From IMG/VR virus record IMGVR_UViG_3300042975_000100, positions 64,001 to 128,000 of that record: 64,000 nt of DNA; one strand, written 5' to 3'. This DNA is from a virus (Duplodnaviria > Caudoviricetes). This document shows, piece by piece, positions 18,413 to 28,447 of this stretch. The first letter of the stretch is position 1. Each line of letters starts with the position of its first letter. Below the pieces are notes generated by a model. That model was not told the origin of the DNA, searched no databases, and saw only the letters and a list, made by a program, of their open reading frames with translations. A program made the position numbers and the translations under genes.

Positions 18413-19691
18413 CTAATGCTGGCCTCCCGTCATTAAGCCAAACTAAGATAGGATGTTTTTGAATTGTATCTGTTGCATCGGTCGAATACAGATATGCTGC
18501 TGTGCATGTCAGTACAGAACGTCGAGTATCAATATTCAATACATCAATCTGCGCCAGATATCTAATGAAGTCTTCTGCTTTAGGACCTCCTACAAATTCT
18601 GCCGGTTTCGAATCGGTTGGGTATCTGAACAGATAATCAAATACCAACTTTTCGAGATAGTCCATATAGATAAATTGCCTACGCATGAAGATCATCTTCT
18701 TCATGGCTTCGACAAATTCTTTTGAGATCTCATTACTGCCATTGCAATAGTCTCTTACTGCTGTAATAAGAAGCTCCAAAAAATCATTGATGTTCGCTTC
18801 GTTAAACCATATTTCCATCAGCATTTTTTCTCTTTCAGAATACTTATGCTTCTTATATGGCTTAGCAGTATTTGCTTCAGGCTGCTTGTTATCGTCAATG
18901 AAACCATCTTTATAATCCATCAGCCCTAATGTACGCAAGAACTTAACAAAATTAACTGTTCTAGATCCACCATTATAGTCTATGGTCAAAGCGTCTTCAT
19001 GTAAGATAAAAGCATCGCGCGCCAGACTGATAAAGAGAGGCTTATCGATTTCATTTATCTTAAACGTAAGTATCCTCTTTATCGAATCGATGTATTCATC
19101 AGGAACGGAGCCTTCTTCATAAGCACAATAGTCTTTCACAATATCAATGATATCGCGTAAAATGCAGTTGATATTCATTGTCATGCCTGAAAGCTCAATA
19201 GATTCTCCGTCATGCTCAATGAAAAAAGATATAATGCGTAGCACTTTTTCTCTTCGTTTAATATCTACCGTCACATCTCCTTGTAATTTATTCTTAGTGA
19301 GGTCTTTCTTATGTGGCATTTCTTTCGGGACACTCCCAAATTTGAAGCTCATCAATCCTAGTTCAACTAAGAATGAAATGAACTGTCTTGCTTTGTCCCC
19401 TTGAACGCTTATTCCCGAAGAGTCTTCTTCCAGGATAATATCCTTACGTACCAATCCTGTAAGAAGGGGTATGTCTATATCTTTAGCTTTGTACTTGATC
19501 AGTTTCTTTATTGAACAGACATCTGCATCAGAGATGGCTCCATCTGCACCGGCACAATATTCTTTCATAGCACCGATGATATCGTATAATAAAATACCAT
19601 TGATGTCTATATAGTCACCTTGATCAGCTCCACCTTTACTCTCGAAAGATGCTATGACATCTAGCAATCTTTCTTTCCTAAGATTTTCCAT
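18339..19691 (-). CDS. Hypothetical protein with three internal ~130-140-aa repeats
   Basis: Repeated R(K/E)..L...(K/R)(E/D)YC...(I/M)K(K/R)...F(I/V).(F/Y)L...L. Confidence 0.65.
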   Translation of the reverse strand: MENLRKERLLDVIASFESKGGADQGDYIDINGILLYDIIGAMKEYCAGADGAISDADVCSIKKLIKYKAKDIDIPLLTGLVRKDIILEEDSSGISVQGDKARQFISFLVELGLMSFKFGSVPKEMPHKKDLTKNKLQGDVTVDIKRREKVLRIISFFIEHDGESIELSGMTMNINCILRDIIDIVKDYCAYEEGSVPDEYIDSIKRILTFKINEIDKPLFISLARDAFILHEDALTIDYNGGSRTVNFVKFLRTLGLMDYKDGFIDDNKQPEANTAKPYKKHKYSEREKMLMEIWFNEANINDFLELLITAVRDYCNGSNEISKEFVEAMKKMIFMRRQFIYMDYLEKLVFDYLFRYPTDSKPAEFVGGPKAEDFIRYLAQIDVLNIDTRRSVLTCTAAYLYSTDATDTIQKHPILVWLNDGRPALDEKDYDTSGTFEEDTEQVESEGKS

Positions 19692-19703
19692 CCCTACATC
19701 TCC

Positions 19704-20150
19704 TTATAATTTGCTCTTGATGATATCTTTCTTATGCAGCATTTCTTTCCACACACCGAGAGTATATCCCATTTTGATAAACAGCATCTTAGCCTCTACT
19801 GTCATTCCGACAAGACCGGCTGTATGCATTTCATCGATTACAGCCTGCTCGAAGTCATGCGTTGCTTTCTTAGCCAACTGCCAATTGATAACATCTTTTC
19901 CATAAAGATGAGTTACCGCAAGACCCTGATAAGTCTTTTGCGGAAACTTCGTCTTAATGAAACCATCACTGGTATCTTCAATATTCTGGATAACAGCTTT
20001 ACGCTCATTATCACTTGTAGTTTTCTTAAGATCCTCTACTAAGAGAATGATATCACCAAGTGCAACCACCATTTCAAAGTATTCAGATTCCAGTTCTTTA
20101 ACGTCTACTAGCATTTTACATTCCTCCATATTGATAGATGACATTGCCAT
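19704..20150 (-). CDS. Hypothetical protein
   Basis: ORF coupled to sbcC. Confidence 0.6.
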   Translation of the reverse strand: MAMSSINMEECKMLVDVKELESEYFEMVVALGDIILLVEDLKKTTSDNERKAVIQNIEDTSDGFIKTKFPQKTYQGLAVTHLYGKDVINWQLAKKATHDFEQAVIDEMHTAGLVGMTVEAKMLFIKMGYTLGVWKEMLHKKDIIKSKL

Positions 20151-22791
20151 CTAGTTTTAATGTCGGATCACTGTTTTTAAGAACAATTAGATCCGCATCA
20201 TACATACTGAGTTCGCTATTATGACTAATCATTATGCACTGCTCATATGAAAGCATCTTCATCAAAGTATTCAATACGGTGATGAACTGCAATCTGTTTT
20301 GTGGATCTAATCCGCCATCAATCTCATCTAACTTGATTATAGAATAATCATTAGATGTAGAACGAAGCAGCGCGAAGCTAACGATCATACTGATCATACA
20401 TACTTGAGCTGTACTCATAGAAGAGATATCATCATTCATAATACCTCTGCCTAAGCATGGCATCTTAAACTCTTTCTCATTGATGATGAATGGATGTAAT
20501 ACAAACTCCCCATTGAAGAATGACTTTAAAAGCTCATTAGACGTAGAGAGAATCCCATTCATAAACATCTCCATATACACAGTCTGTATTCCAGTAGTTG
20601 GAGATGCATAATATTTGATCTTCTCAGTCATGTCATATTCAGATGAATACTTCTTGTACTGATCGAGATAATCATTATAGAGTACGATCTTATACTTAGC
20701 CTTCTGCAAGTTATCCTGATTCTTTGGAATAAGATCAGTATTGATCATTTCCAATTCAGACATATCTGCATCCATAGTTTCTTTGATTGTTGTAGCCGCT
20801 GTAAAACTTGCTTCGAGCCTAGGTAACTTATCAGTTATCTCATCTATTCTCTTAGATAAGTTCTGATATTGAATCTTGGTCTGATATAGATTCGTATCAG
20901 TAGATAAGGATTTGTTAAGTTCACTGATCTCACCAGCATAAGAATCTATCTTCTTCTTAGCATCTTCTTCATCATGACGATAAGCTGCATATGCCGCCCT
21001 ATCTTTATTGATGGATTCCGTTAAGAATAAGATTTCTGCTTCATTCTTTGATAGCGATGACTTCTGATCTTTGAATCTCTGAATATCTGCCTTAGTAGTT
21101 TTAACAACAGTGATCAGATTAGAACGGTCAAGATAACCCTTCGTATCCATCATTACCTGCTGATTGCTAAGCATAAACTTAGCATAACTATCAATGTCTC
21201 TTACCCATTCCAGTCCATGGAACTTAGTAAGAATAGTCTGAGGAATAGATTCATAGAATCTGAATACCTCCATCTTACATTGCATGACTTTACCGCTAGC
21301 CTTCTGTAAAGCTATCATATCCTGCAATGCATGCTCTTGCTCCTCTAATGCCACATTCAATTTATTGAAGTCATCTTCAGAGAGTAAACAGCTCTTAGCA
21401 CTTACGACTTCTTCAATGAATGGACAATCACTCAGATGATTACAATCATCTGGAATCAGAGAGAATGTTTTACATTGATCTTTGAGAGTTCTTTGGCGAA
21501 CAATCAAAGCTTTAGACTCAGAGATAGACTCTCTGAGTTTCTCTATGGATTCATCGGTTGGTGCTACACTAGAACCAACCATCCCAAATGTTTCTTCTAG
21601 GATATTATCCTCATAAGTATCTCTGATATATTGAATATGAGATTTGAGTCTCTGCATGAATTGAACAGCTGTATCATACTCATCTCTAGTTACATCATCA
21701 TACTTATCAAAACCTATCTCAGAGAACTGTTCTTTGCAGAATTCGAGTTTATCTTTGCACTCCTGTATCCTTTCATCGATATCGCTCAAAATCGCGTAAT
21801 CGCCAAAAGCATCGAGTTTAATCGTATTAGTTTGGATACGATCAGAAAGCTCTTTTTCTAATGCTAAGATCTTTTTGTACTGTTCTTCGGCATTTTCTTT
21901 CATAGATTTAGCTCTAGCGATTTTACTAGCATAGATAGCTTCGTAGTTATCAGCTACTCTGCTGAATCTAATTTTGTACTTAGCGCAATCCTCGAAATTT
22001 GCATTGCATACAGTAAGTTCATTCTTCAGCTGATTATACTCGGTAAGTATATCTGTATTATCTTGGTCAGCTAACGCATTTAGCTTTTCCTTACTGGTTG
22101 CGATCTTTGCAATCAATAGATTACGTCTGTCTTCCATATCGCCCATTGAAGATTCCATCGACTTAATTGAACTATTAATCGATTCAGTATCTCCAATAGA
22201 ATCCATCTTAGAATTGATAGAGTTAAGAATAGATTTCAATTCAGAGCTCTTCTTAACCAATTTCTTATAGATAAGATTATAGAACTCCAATTGGCTAAGC
22301 TTGCTATTGATGAATCTCTTTCTCTCTGCAGGATTCTTATCTGCTAATCCTCTATCATCAGAAGACAATTGTGCAAGTAGTAAGAAGTCTTCATCTATGC
22401 CAAGAATCTCATGGATGATCTTCTTTCCTTCAGTTACATTACCATTAGGATTGAGTTCTTTTGTAGTTCCATCTGAATATGTAACACGGACATGACAGGA
22501 AGAGCTTCTTGTTCCGCTCTTGCTGCATGTACTTGTATGAGTTATATCCAATACCTTTCCTGGAAGGATATAGCTAATACTCTTAACTGCATCTTTCCCA
22601 GGAACAAAGTCTTTTGCTTGTTCATTATCAGGATTGATGGCTTTGAGTATTGTACTCTTTCCTGAGCCATTGTCTCCTTTGATAACAGTAATACTGTGTG
22701 TCGCTTTAGAGAAGTCTATAAGAATCTCCTCTAATCCTAAACCATTATAAATCCCTACGTAGTTCCGCAGGTATAGTCGTGCCAATCTCAT
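20116..22791 (-). CDS. sbcC: SbcC/Rad50-like SMC ATPase
   Basis: Walker A GDNGSGKST, coiled coils, central C..CPF hook, signature MSTAQ, Walker B LDEIDG, H-loop ISH. Confidence 0.9.
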   Translation of the reverse strand: MRLARLYLRNYVGIYNGLGLEEILIDFSKATHSITVIKGDNGSGKSTILKAINPDNEQAKDFVPGKDAVKSISYILPGKVLDITHTSTCSKSGTRSSSCHVRVTYSDGTTKELNPNGNVTEGKKIIHEILGIDEDFLLLAQLSSDDRGLADKNPAERKRFINSKLSQLEFYNLIYKKLVKKSSELKSILNSINSKMDSIGDTESINSSIKSMESSMGDMEDRRNLLIAKIATSKEKLNALADQDNTDILTEYNQLKNELTVCNANFEDCAKYKIRFSRVADNYEAIYASKIARAKSMKENAEEQYKKILALEKELSDRIQTNTIKLDAFGDYAILSDIDERIQECKDKLEFCKEQFSEIGFDKYDDVTRDEYDTAVQFMQRLKSHIQYIRDTYEDNILEETFGMVGSSVAPTDESIEKLRESISESKALIVRQRTLKDQCKTFSLIPDDCNHLSDCPFIEEVVSAKSCLLSEDDFNKLNVALEEQEHALQDMIALQKASGKVMQCKMEVFRFYESIPQTILTKFHGLEWVRDIDSYAKFMLSNQQVMMDTKGYLDRSNLITVVKTTKADIQRFKDQKSSLSKNEAEILFLTESINKDRAAYAAYRHDEEDAKKKIDSYAGEISELNKSLSTDTNLYQTKIQYQNLSKRIDEITDKLPRLEASFTAATTIKETMDADMSELEMINTDLIPKNQDNLQKAKYKIVLYNDYLDQYKKYSSEYDMTEKIKYYASPTTGIQTVYMEMFMNGILSTSNELLKSFFNGEFVLHPFIINEKEFKMPCLGRGIMNDDISSMSTAQVCMISMIVSFALLRSTSNDYSIIKLDEIDGGLDPQNRLQFITVLNTLMKMLSYEQCIMISHNSELSMYDADLIVLKNSDPTLKLDGNVIYQYGGM

Positions 22792-22874
22792 ATTGTCTCC
22801 CCCTATTAGTCAAAAGTTAAGTTTCTATTAAAAAATAATCCCTGAGCTATAATAGCTCAGGGAATATTAGAATC

Positions 22875-23033
22875 TTAACGAAATAGAGATTCATTAAGAG
22901 AAATACAATATAAAGCGAATCTATCATCGACCTTGTACTTAGCGCAAAGTTGATGAATGTTCTTTTTGTATACGTAGAAAGCTCTGGCTATCTTATAAGC
23001 CAGACGTTCTTGCTCTTTCCTCAGCCCGAACAT
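22875..23033 (-). CDS. Unannotated 52-aa protein (MFGLRKEQERLAYKIARAF...)
   Basis: GAGGTG RBS, ends before the terminator hairpin near 22838. Confidence 0.55.
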   Translation of the reverse strand: MFGLRKEQERLAYKIARAFYVYKKNIHQLCAKYKVDDRFALYCISLNESLFR

Positions 23034-23592
23034 ATTCACACCTCAATTCATCGATATGTTTCACGGTCTTCAGCATATCATCTGTATCGATCTTATCAGT
23101 ATTACACTTAAAGACCTCTACGTCATTTGTGCGCTTATAAAGACTGTATAAAGCATATTCCTTTATCCAATCGTTAGTCCTGATATTCGTCATATCTACG
23201 ATATCAACAGCTCCAACCGTCAGCCTATGTGTATGATAGCAGTAGTGATCAATGCTATCAATAATCTTATAGAAAAGCTTATACAGCTTATGATAAGATA
23301 CTTCCATGCCGTCGATAAAGTCTGGATAGATCAGAAAGATATTACGATTGTTCAAAGACGACTCACTGATATCATGAGCCATAGCGCACTTGCTCTTGCC
23401 AAATACGAAGTAGATACTACACTCGTCACACTTAGCATAAGTATATACTCCATCAATGTCTTCCTTAGAATTTCCGACTGCTTCATGGATACGAGTAATC
23501 TCCGCACCACCTTTGTTCATTCTAGCACGAACAATAGTAGCTTGCGAACAACTCCCGTAAAATAAACCAGCCAATTTAATCCTATTGAACAA
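22993..23592 (-). CDS. Hypothetical protein
   Basis: 199-aa ORF in operon. Confidence 0.55.
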   Translation of the reverse strand: MFNRIKLAGLFYGSCSQATIVRARMNKGGAEITRIHEAVGNSKEDIDGVYTYAKCDECSIYFVFGKSKCAMAHDISESSLNNRNIFLIYPDFIDGMEVSYHKLYKLFYKIIDSIDHYCYHTHRLTVGAVDIVDMTNIRTNDWIKEYALYSLYKRTNDVEVFKCNTDKIDTDDMLKTVKHIDELRCEYVRAEERARTSGL

Positions 23593-23593
23593 T

Positions 23594-23893
23594 TTATTTC
23601 TCCTCCTCTACATACCCAACTCCCACATTCTTATCCTGCAAGATAGGAGCCTGAGTAGGTTCACCTTTAAAGCCAACTGGCTCTAACCCTCTTACAGTTA
23701 AATGCATAGGAGTGCTGTGCCCACATATAGGGCATACCAATTTGTAGTGAATCTCGTTTTTCAACTCAGCTTGAATCCAAGCTGTATCAGATACTTTATA
23801 TGCTGCATATGCAGATTTCATCAAGATCTTTTCATGATGACATCTTGGGCATACAGCAAATCTGTTTAATGTAATAGCAGTATGCTTTTCCAT
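23594..23893 (-). CDS. Zinc-ribbon protein
   Basis: CPRC...CPIC. Confidence 0.65.
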   Translation of the reverse strand: MEKHTAITLNRFAVCPRCHHEKILMKSAYAAYKVSDTAWIQAELKNEIHYKLVCPICGHSTPMHLTVRGLEPVGFKGEPTQAPILQDKNVGVGYVEEEK

Positions 23894-23907
23894 TATTCTT
23901 TCTCCTT

Positions 23908-24210
23908 TCAGTGCTTCTTTTTATCAAGAAGTTCTGGTAATGGGTCTCCCTCTTTCCAATCATACAAAGGTAGAACGCGATCTTTTAATTCAGGAAGGTA
24001 CCTGTTCATCATCTTCCACCCTTCATATTTTTTATAGTTATCTTTAATATACTGTGCAATGGCACTATCAAAGTAACCAGCCGTAAGAGGAACAGATACG
24101 ATAGCTACACGCCGTCCATTATCTGTATCCTTAAACAGCATTACTTGTATAAGCTTATTAGAAAATACGATAAGGCGCGTAGCCTTATACAATGCTCGTT
24201 TTCTTATCAC
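23908..24210 (-). CDS. Hypothetical protein (paralogue of 24495-24743)
   Basis: Shared KA.RL....LI...Y...NYK...RVL pattern. Confidence 0.6.
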   Translation of the reverse strand: MIRKRALYKATRLIVFSNKLIQVMLFKDTDNGRRVAIVSVPLTAGYFDSAIAQYIKDNYKKYEGWKMMNRYLPELKDRVLPLYDWKEGDPLPELLDKKKH

Positions 24211-24290
24211 TTATTATCCCTCCTTAATAGCGACCCATCAAATACCTTGGATACTCTCTCCGGTATTCAATAAGCCGCTTTCCACATTGT

Positions 24291-24491
24291 TTACTTAAAT
24301 ATGATATCTATCATCTTTTCTGCTTTTACAAAAGCTTCAAATGTGACCACTTCAGACGTAGGTCTGAGTTGAAAGAGCCGCACATTCACTATTGCATCAT
24401 GCAATTTCTTCATGGTGGTTGCGTATTTGTGTAATGCTCGGCCATTTAACATTTTAGCTTTTAGCATATTCCTTCGTCTTATCTTGTCCAT
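24291..24491 (-). CDS. Hypothetical protein (may extend to ~24224 through a 1-nt indel)
   Basis: ORF in operon; coding-like continuation in another frame. Confidence 0.5.
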   Translation of the reverse strand: MDKIRRRNMLKAKMLNGRALHKYATTMKKLHDAIVNVRLFQLRPTSEVVTFEAFVKAEKMIDIIFK

Positions 24492-24494
24492 AAC

Positions 24495-24743
24495 TTACAA
24501 TGCCGGAACAAGCGTATAAGTAAGGACCCGATTACGATAGGATGGCTTAGAGAGCTTTCTGAGGAACATTATTCCTTTATAGTTCTCACTAAGATATTCC
24601 TCTATATGGCCTTCAGCAGATGAAGGAATATACAGATCGTCAGGTACACTGTCATCCGCTAAATGCGAAACGAGGATGTGGATAAGATTCTCAGAATCTG
24701 TAAGAAGTCTGATTGCTTTAATTTTGTTTAATTCGTGTCTCAT
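24495..24743 (-). CDS. Hypothetical protein
   Basis: AAGGAG RBS; paralogue of 23908-24210. Confidence 0.6.
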   Translation of the reverse strand: MRHELNKIKAIRLLTDSENLIHILVSHLADDSVPDDLYIPSSAEGHIEEYLSENYKGIMFLRKLSKPSYRNRVLTYTLVPAL

Positions 24744-24748
24744 AGTTA

Positions 24749-24883
24749 TTACTCCTTTTCATATCTACCATTAAAGAAAAGATCAAATGCTTTTCTCTTC
24801 ATTCTTAATCTTGAATTGCTACGCAAATGATAAAAATGGCTAATCAGTGCGTAGTTAATCTTAATTGTAACCTTCTTAACCAT
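24749..24883 (-). CDS. Unannotated 44-aa basic protein
   Basis: MVKKVTIKINY..., AAAGGA RBS, fills the operon gap. Confidence 0.5.
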   Translation of the reverse strand: MVKKVTIKINYALISHFYHLRSNSRLRMKRKAFDLFFNGRYEKE

Positions 24884-24942
24884 TACAAATCATCCTTTCA
24901 AAATAAATCCTGTATGGCTGAATTGCCATACAGGATATAGAA

Positions 24943-25179
24943 TCAGAAATTAGGGTCTGTATATTTGATAGCGCGCATATCACCAGTGATGAGAGTACGT
25001 GCGTCGGCGAACCGAGAAGTTCTTCCCGGAGGAAGGATCTCAGTAAAATCCTTAGCAACGCCATTCACTACTACACTACCAAATTTTAGATGCGTATTAC
25101 CGAGAGCTGCTTCATTCTTTTTGATTTGCTGCATCTGCTCCCGAGAATACACAAATGTACGTTCATACATATTACTCAT
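24943..25179 (-). CDS. Hypothetical protein coupled to RNAP gene
   Basis: Start overlaps RNAP subunit stop. Confidence 0.6.
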   Translation of the reverse strand: MSNMYERTFVYSREQMQQIKKNEAALGNTHLKFGSVVVNGVAKDFTEILPPGRTSRFADARTLITGDMRAIKYTDPNF

Positions 25180-26944
25180 ACGTTATCGTCCCGCTTCCTT
25201 CAACCGGTACTTGATCAGTAGTTACAGCTTCTGGATGGAGAATCTCCATCATAGACTTGATACACTCAAGTCCTTCTTCTGCCATATGCTCACTAACCTG
25301 TGGGATATCCATTTGTCCCAATACCGATTTCTTAAAATGAATTACATCTTTCAGCCCACGCTGCTTCTTATATCCATCATAGAGTTTCTCATACTCATCT
25401 CCCCAAGTAATTGGTTCTTGGAAATCTGAAATGAAACCATTCCCATACGTTTGAAGCAGTGGAACAACACTACCGCTGATACCAGGATCGGATGGTGAAG
25501 AAGCATCAGGGTCAAGTACACCCATATTGCTTACATCAAGATACCGATAAATCTTTGGAATGGATTTACCGCTAGTCTCTCCGATACCGCTTTCTCCCTT
25601 ATAAGTACATTTAAGGGCAACGATAGAATCCATGTCAGTGACGGTGTTTCTAAATGTGATCAACTGAGATCTAGATACTGCACTAACAAGGAACATCGGA
25701 TTCGTAATGAGAGATTTCCGGATAGACCGAATATCTGCTCTAGGATTATCCGACAGATTATAGATACCATATGCCAAACGATTACCATACATAGCGCCAA
25801 TATAATCAGCGATATTGATACGTTTGGTTCTGATATTCAGATTATCTTTCAGCTTCAAGTTGCTGAATTCGTTCAGTACCCATTGCAGGATTCTGAACAC
25901 ATCGCGTTTATACTCTTCAGGTAATCTGATATTGTCTCTTGTATCGATGCTATATACCCCTCTCAATGAGGTGAGTACATTGCATCCTTTCATATACTTA
26001 TCAGCTGTAAGCGAACTTGTATATGCATTACCCAGACGCATCTTCCAGAAGACATCTGAGAAGATATCCTGAATGGTAAGGTCTTTGATACAAGTTTGTG
26101 TGCAAAGCATATTGATTACATGCTGAACAACAGCATTGCCATCGAAGATCTGCTTCGGAACACAGAAAAACAGCTTGATGCTGTCTTTGATCTCTCCACG
26201 ATACTGTGGCTGGAATGAATAGAATATATTCTCATCCAGTGGAGTTTCAGATGGGATTACTACCTGACTGAGTCCAAAGAACTCAAGAGCATTGTAGAAT
26301 CCATACTGAGCAAATACATACAGCGATGCCGATGTGCATTTGCTAAATGCCATACAATCATATTGTGTAGCATCATGCTCTTCACCTTTATAGTCATAGA
26401 GCTTCACAATGTTTCTGAAGATACGAATAGGGTGGAACATGGTTTTCAAAGTCACACAATGCGAATCAGATTTACTGGTTGCATTGTTATAGGTACTTCC
26501 ATCAACGATTTGATACATAGAGCTGCAGTAATTTCCATTAATATAGAAATAGAACTTGTCCACTACCCGTGGGACAGCTATAATGACATCAATCTCTTCA
26601 TGCTGATCTTTGATCTCGATATAGTACGTGACTATAAGAAGTTTCAAAGCTGACTGTTTCAAATCGATAAAGTTATATCGATTATCTTCGTCAGACCGTG
26701 ACTTAGAAGACTTCTTCCGATTAAGCATCTCTTGATACTTACGGAGAGTCTCATTTACTTCGAAGAAGCTATCTACAACTCTAAAATTCTTAACCAGAAT
26801 CTTAAAGTTTGTTTCTCTCTGACAAGAGAGGATGATTTTCTTCAATACTTTGATGATCTCTTCATCGGAGCGGCTGAATAACTTTGCATTGAACCGATAG
26901 GTTGTCTTTTCTGCAAAGTCATGAATAAACTGTTTCTGATTCAA
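25172..26944 (-). CDS. Phage multisubunit RNA polymerase beta-like subunit, N-terminal half (probably non-virion RNAP)
   Basis: VPRVVDKFYFYINGNY..MYQIVD and YRYLDVSNMGVLDPDASSPSDPGISG correspond to beta regions (FIING..., H.GR.CP..T..G..G). Confidence 0.8.
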   Translation of the reverse strand: MNQKQFIHDFAEKTTYRFNAKLFSRSDEEIIKVLKKIILSCQRETNFKILVKNFRVVDSFFEVNETLRKYQEMLNRKKSSKSRSDEDNRYNFIDLKQSALKLLIVTYYIEIKDQHEEIDVIIAVPRVVDKFYFYINGNYCSSMYQIVDGSTYNNATSKSDSHCVTLKTMFHPIRIFRNIVKLYDYKGEEHDATQYDCMAFSKCTSASLYVFAQYGFYNALEFFGLSQVVIPSETPLDENIFYSFQPQYRGEIKDSIKLFFCVPKQIFDGNAVVQHVINMLCTQTCIKDLTIQDIFSDVFWKMRLGNAYTSSLTADKYMKGCNVLTSLRGVYSIDTRDNIRLPEEYKRDVFRILQWVLNEFSNLKLKDNLNIRTKRINIADYIGAMYGNRLAYGIYNLSDNPRADIRSIRKSLITNPMFLVSAVSRSQLITFRNTVTDMDSIVALKCTYKGESGIGETSGKSIPKIYRYLDVSNMGVLDPDASSPSDPGISGSVVPLLQTYGNGFISDFQEPITWGDEYEKLYDGYKKQRGLKDVIHFKKSVLGQMDIPQVSEHMAEEGLECIKSMMEILHPEAVTTDQVPVEGSGTITYE

Positions 26945-27609
26945 TCAGATTCCTCCCCATCTTCACCTGATGCGGCATTAGGTGCGGTGATCCTTGTCTT
27001 CAGCACTTTGTTCATTGGATTCACGCATCCAGGTTTATCTGTAATGGTGATATCAACGTCCAAATCATATGCTGTAGCAAGACTTGTGAGTTTCTTGAGT
27101 GTGATACCCTTATTCTTCTTAGACGTAATAAGACGCATGCAGTTACTAAAGTCACTGCCGAGTCTCTGTCTGTAAGATTCAGGATCGATAGCCTTTGCTC
27201 CTAATGCTTCTTTGATAAGCTTAAGAGCAGGCGAATCATTAGGATCTATGTACGGCTCAAGCACATTATCCTTCGTAGTAAGACGAGCTGTCTCGTCATT
27301 TGCCAACTGATCCTTTTTCTTGATCAGTTCAGCATAAGATTTTGAATCGCTGAAATTGATAACTCTATCTTCAGAGTAATCTTTCATACGCTCCTCTGGC
27401 GGTTTCGTATATACAGACATGCAACCTGCATCTACAACACCGGGAAGACCTTCGGTAAATCTAGGTCTAATAGGATAAACAATCCCGTCTTTAGCAACAC
27501 ATGTGTTTTCAAACATTGGCTCATTGAATTGCTTACGGCGGATATATTCATCTTCAGATATGACATCCATAGTTGTATTATTGATAAATACCTGTCTAAT
27601 ATCGTCCAA
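26941..27609 (-). CDS. Hypothetical protein with C-terminal HTH-like segment
   Basis: GITLKKLTSLATAYDLDVDI resembles an XRE-type HTH end. Confidence 0.55.
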   Translation of the reverse strand: MDDIRQVFINNTTMDVISEDEYIRRKQFNEPMFENTCVAKDGIVYPIRPRFTEGLPGVVDAGCMSVYTKPPEERMKDYSEDRVINFSDSKSYAELIKKKDQLANDETARLTTKDNVLEPYIDPNDSPALKLIKEALGAKAIDPESYRQRLGSDFSNCMRLITSKKNKGITLKKLTSLATAYDLDVDITITDKPGCVNPMNKVLKTRITAPNAASGEDGEESD

Positions 27610-27709
27610 TTAGATTCCTCCTAAAAAAATCAATCTGCAAGGTTTTTTATTAAAAAAATACAGGAGAGGAAGATTGCTCTTCCTCTCTTATATTTTTACA
27701 TAACCTTAC

Positions 27710-28327
27710 TTAAGCTGCTGCTTCAGCTTTCTCATTGACTTTATCATCCTTGACATGCTGCTTCAGAACTTCCATCGGCGTGATCGTGATATAGACCTTC
27801 TCGCCATCATGCTCTGCCGTAGCTTTGAAGAAGTCATCATATACCAATACCGGATCGATATCGACATTGTTGATCATATAAGTCTTGATTGCTTCTGCAC
27901 ATGCACACAGGATATCGCAGAGGAAATCCTTGCCATTTACAGTCTCAAGGCAAATGCCATAATTGTTCAGGCCAAAATCAGCCAGCATATAATGGAAAAC
28001 CTGGTCGCTCAAGCCAGCAATGTTTTCCTTCGGAATGTCTTTCATATCTTCTTCGTTGAACGTGAAAGTCAGGGAGAAGCTATCCCCATCTTCGCTTTCA
28101 TTGCTCTCAACGTACGCACCAAAGTAGAATGCGTCATTCTGGAAATCACGGATCTGACAACCCATCGTCTGACCCTTTTTCTTTACAACTCCGAGGTATT
28201 TCGCAACGCCCTCAAAGAGCATGCGAACGCAACGCCAGGAGAAACGAACGTCCCAGGTGCAGCTCTTTTCCTCGTCCATAATTTTCATAATCTGTGCATC
28301 AATGTTCGTGTCTTTGTACTGTTTCAT
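27710..28327 (-). CDS. Hypothetical acidic protein
   Basis: Likely start MKQYK after AAGGAG; strongly biased codons. Confidence 0.65.
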   Translation of the reverse strand: MKQYKDTNIDAQIMKIMDEEKSCTWDVRFSWRCVRMLFEGVAKYLGVVKKKGQTMGCQIRDFQNDAFYFGAYVESNESEDGDSFSLTFTFNEEDMKDIPKENIAGLSDQVFHYMLADFGLNNYGICLETVNGKDFLCDILCACAEAIKTYMINNVDIDPVLVYDDFFKATAEHDGEKVYITITPMEVLKQHVKDDKVNEKAEAAA

Positions 28328-28447
28328 GTCGTAAACACTCCTTAAATGAATTAGAATTTGATTCAAGACATCATAAGATATCTTGCCTTCACCTATATGA
28401 TATATAGTTATTCTTAAGTTTACCACCCGTTAATTTTTTACAAGCGG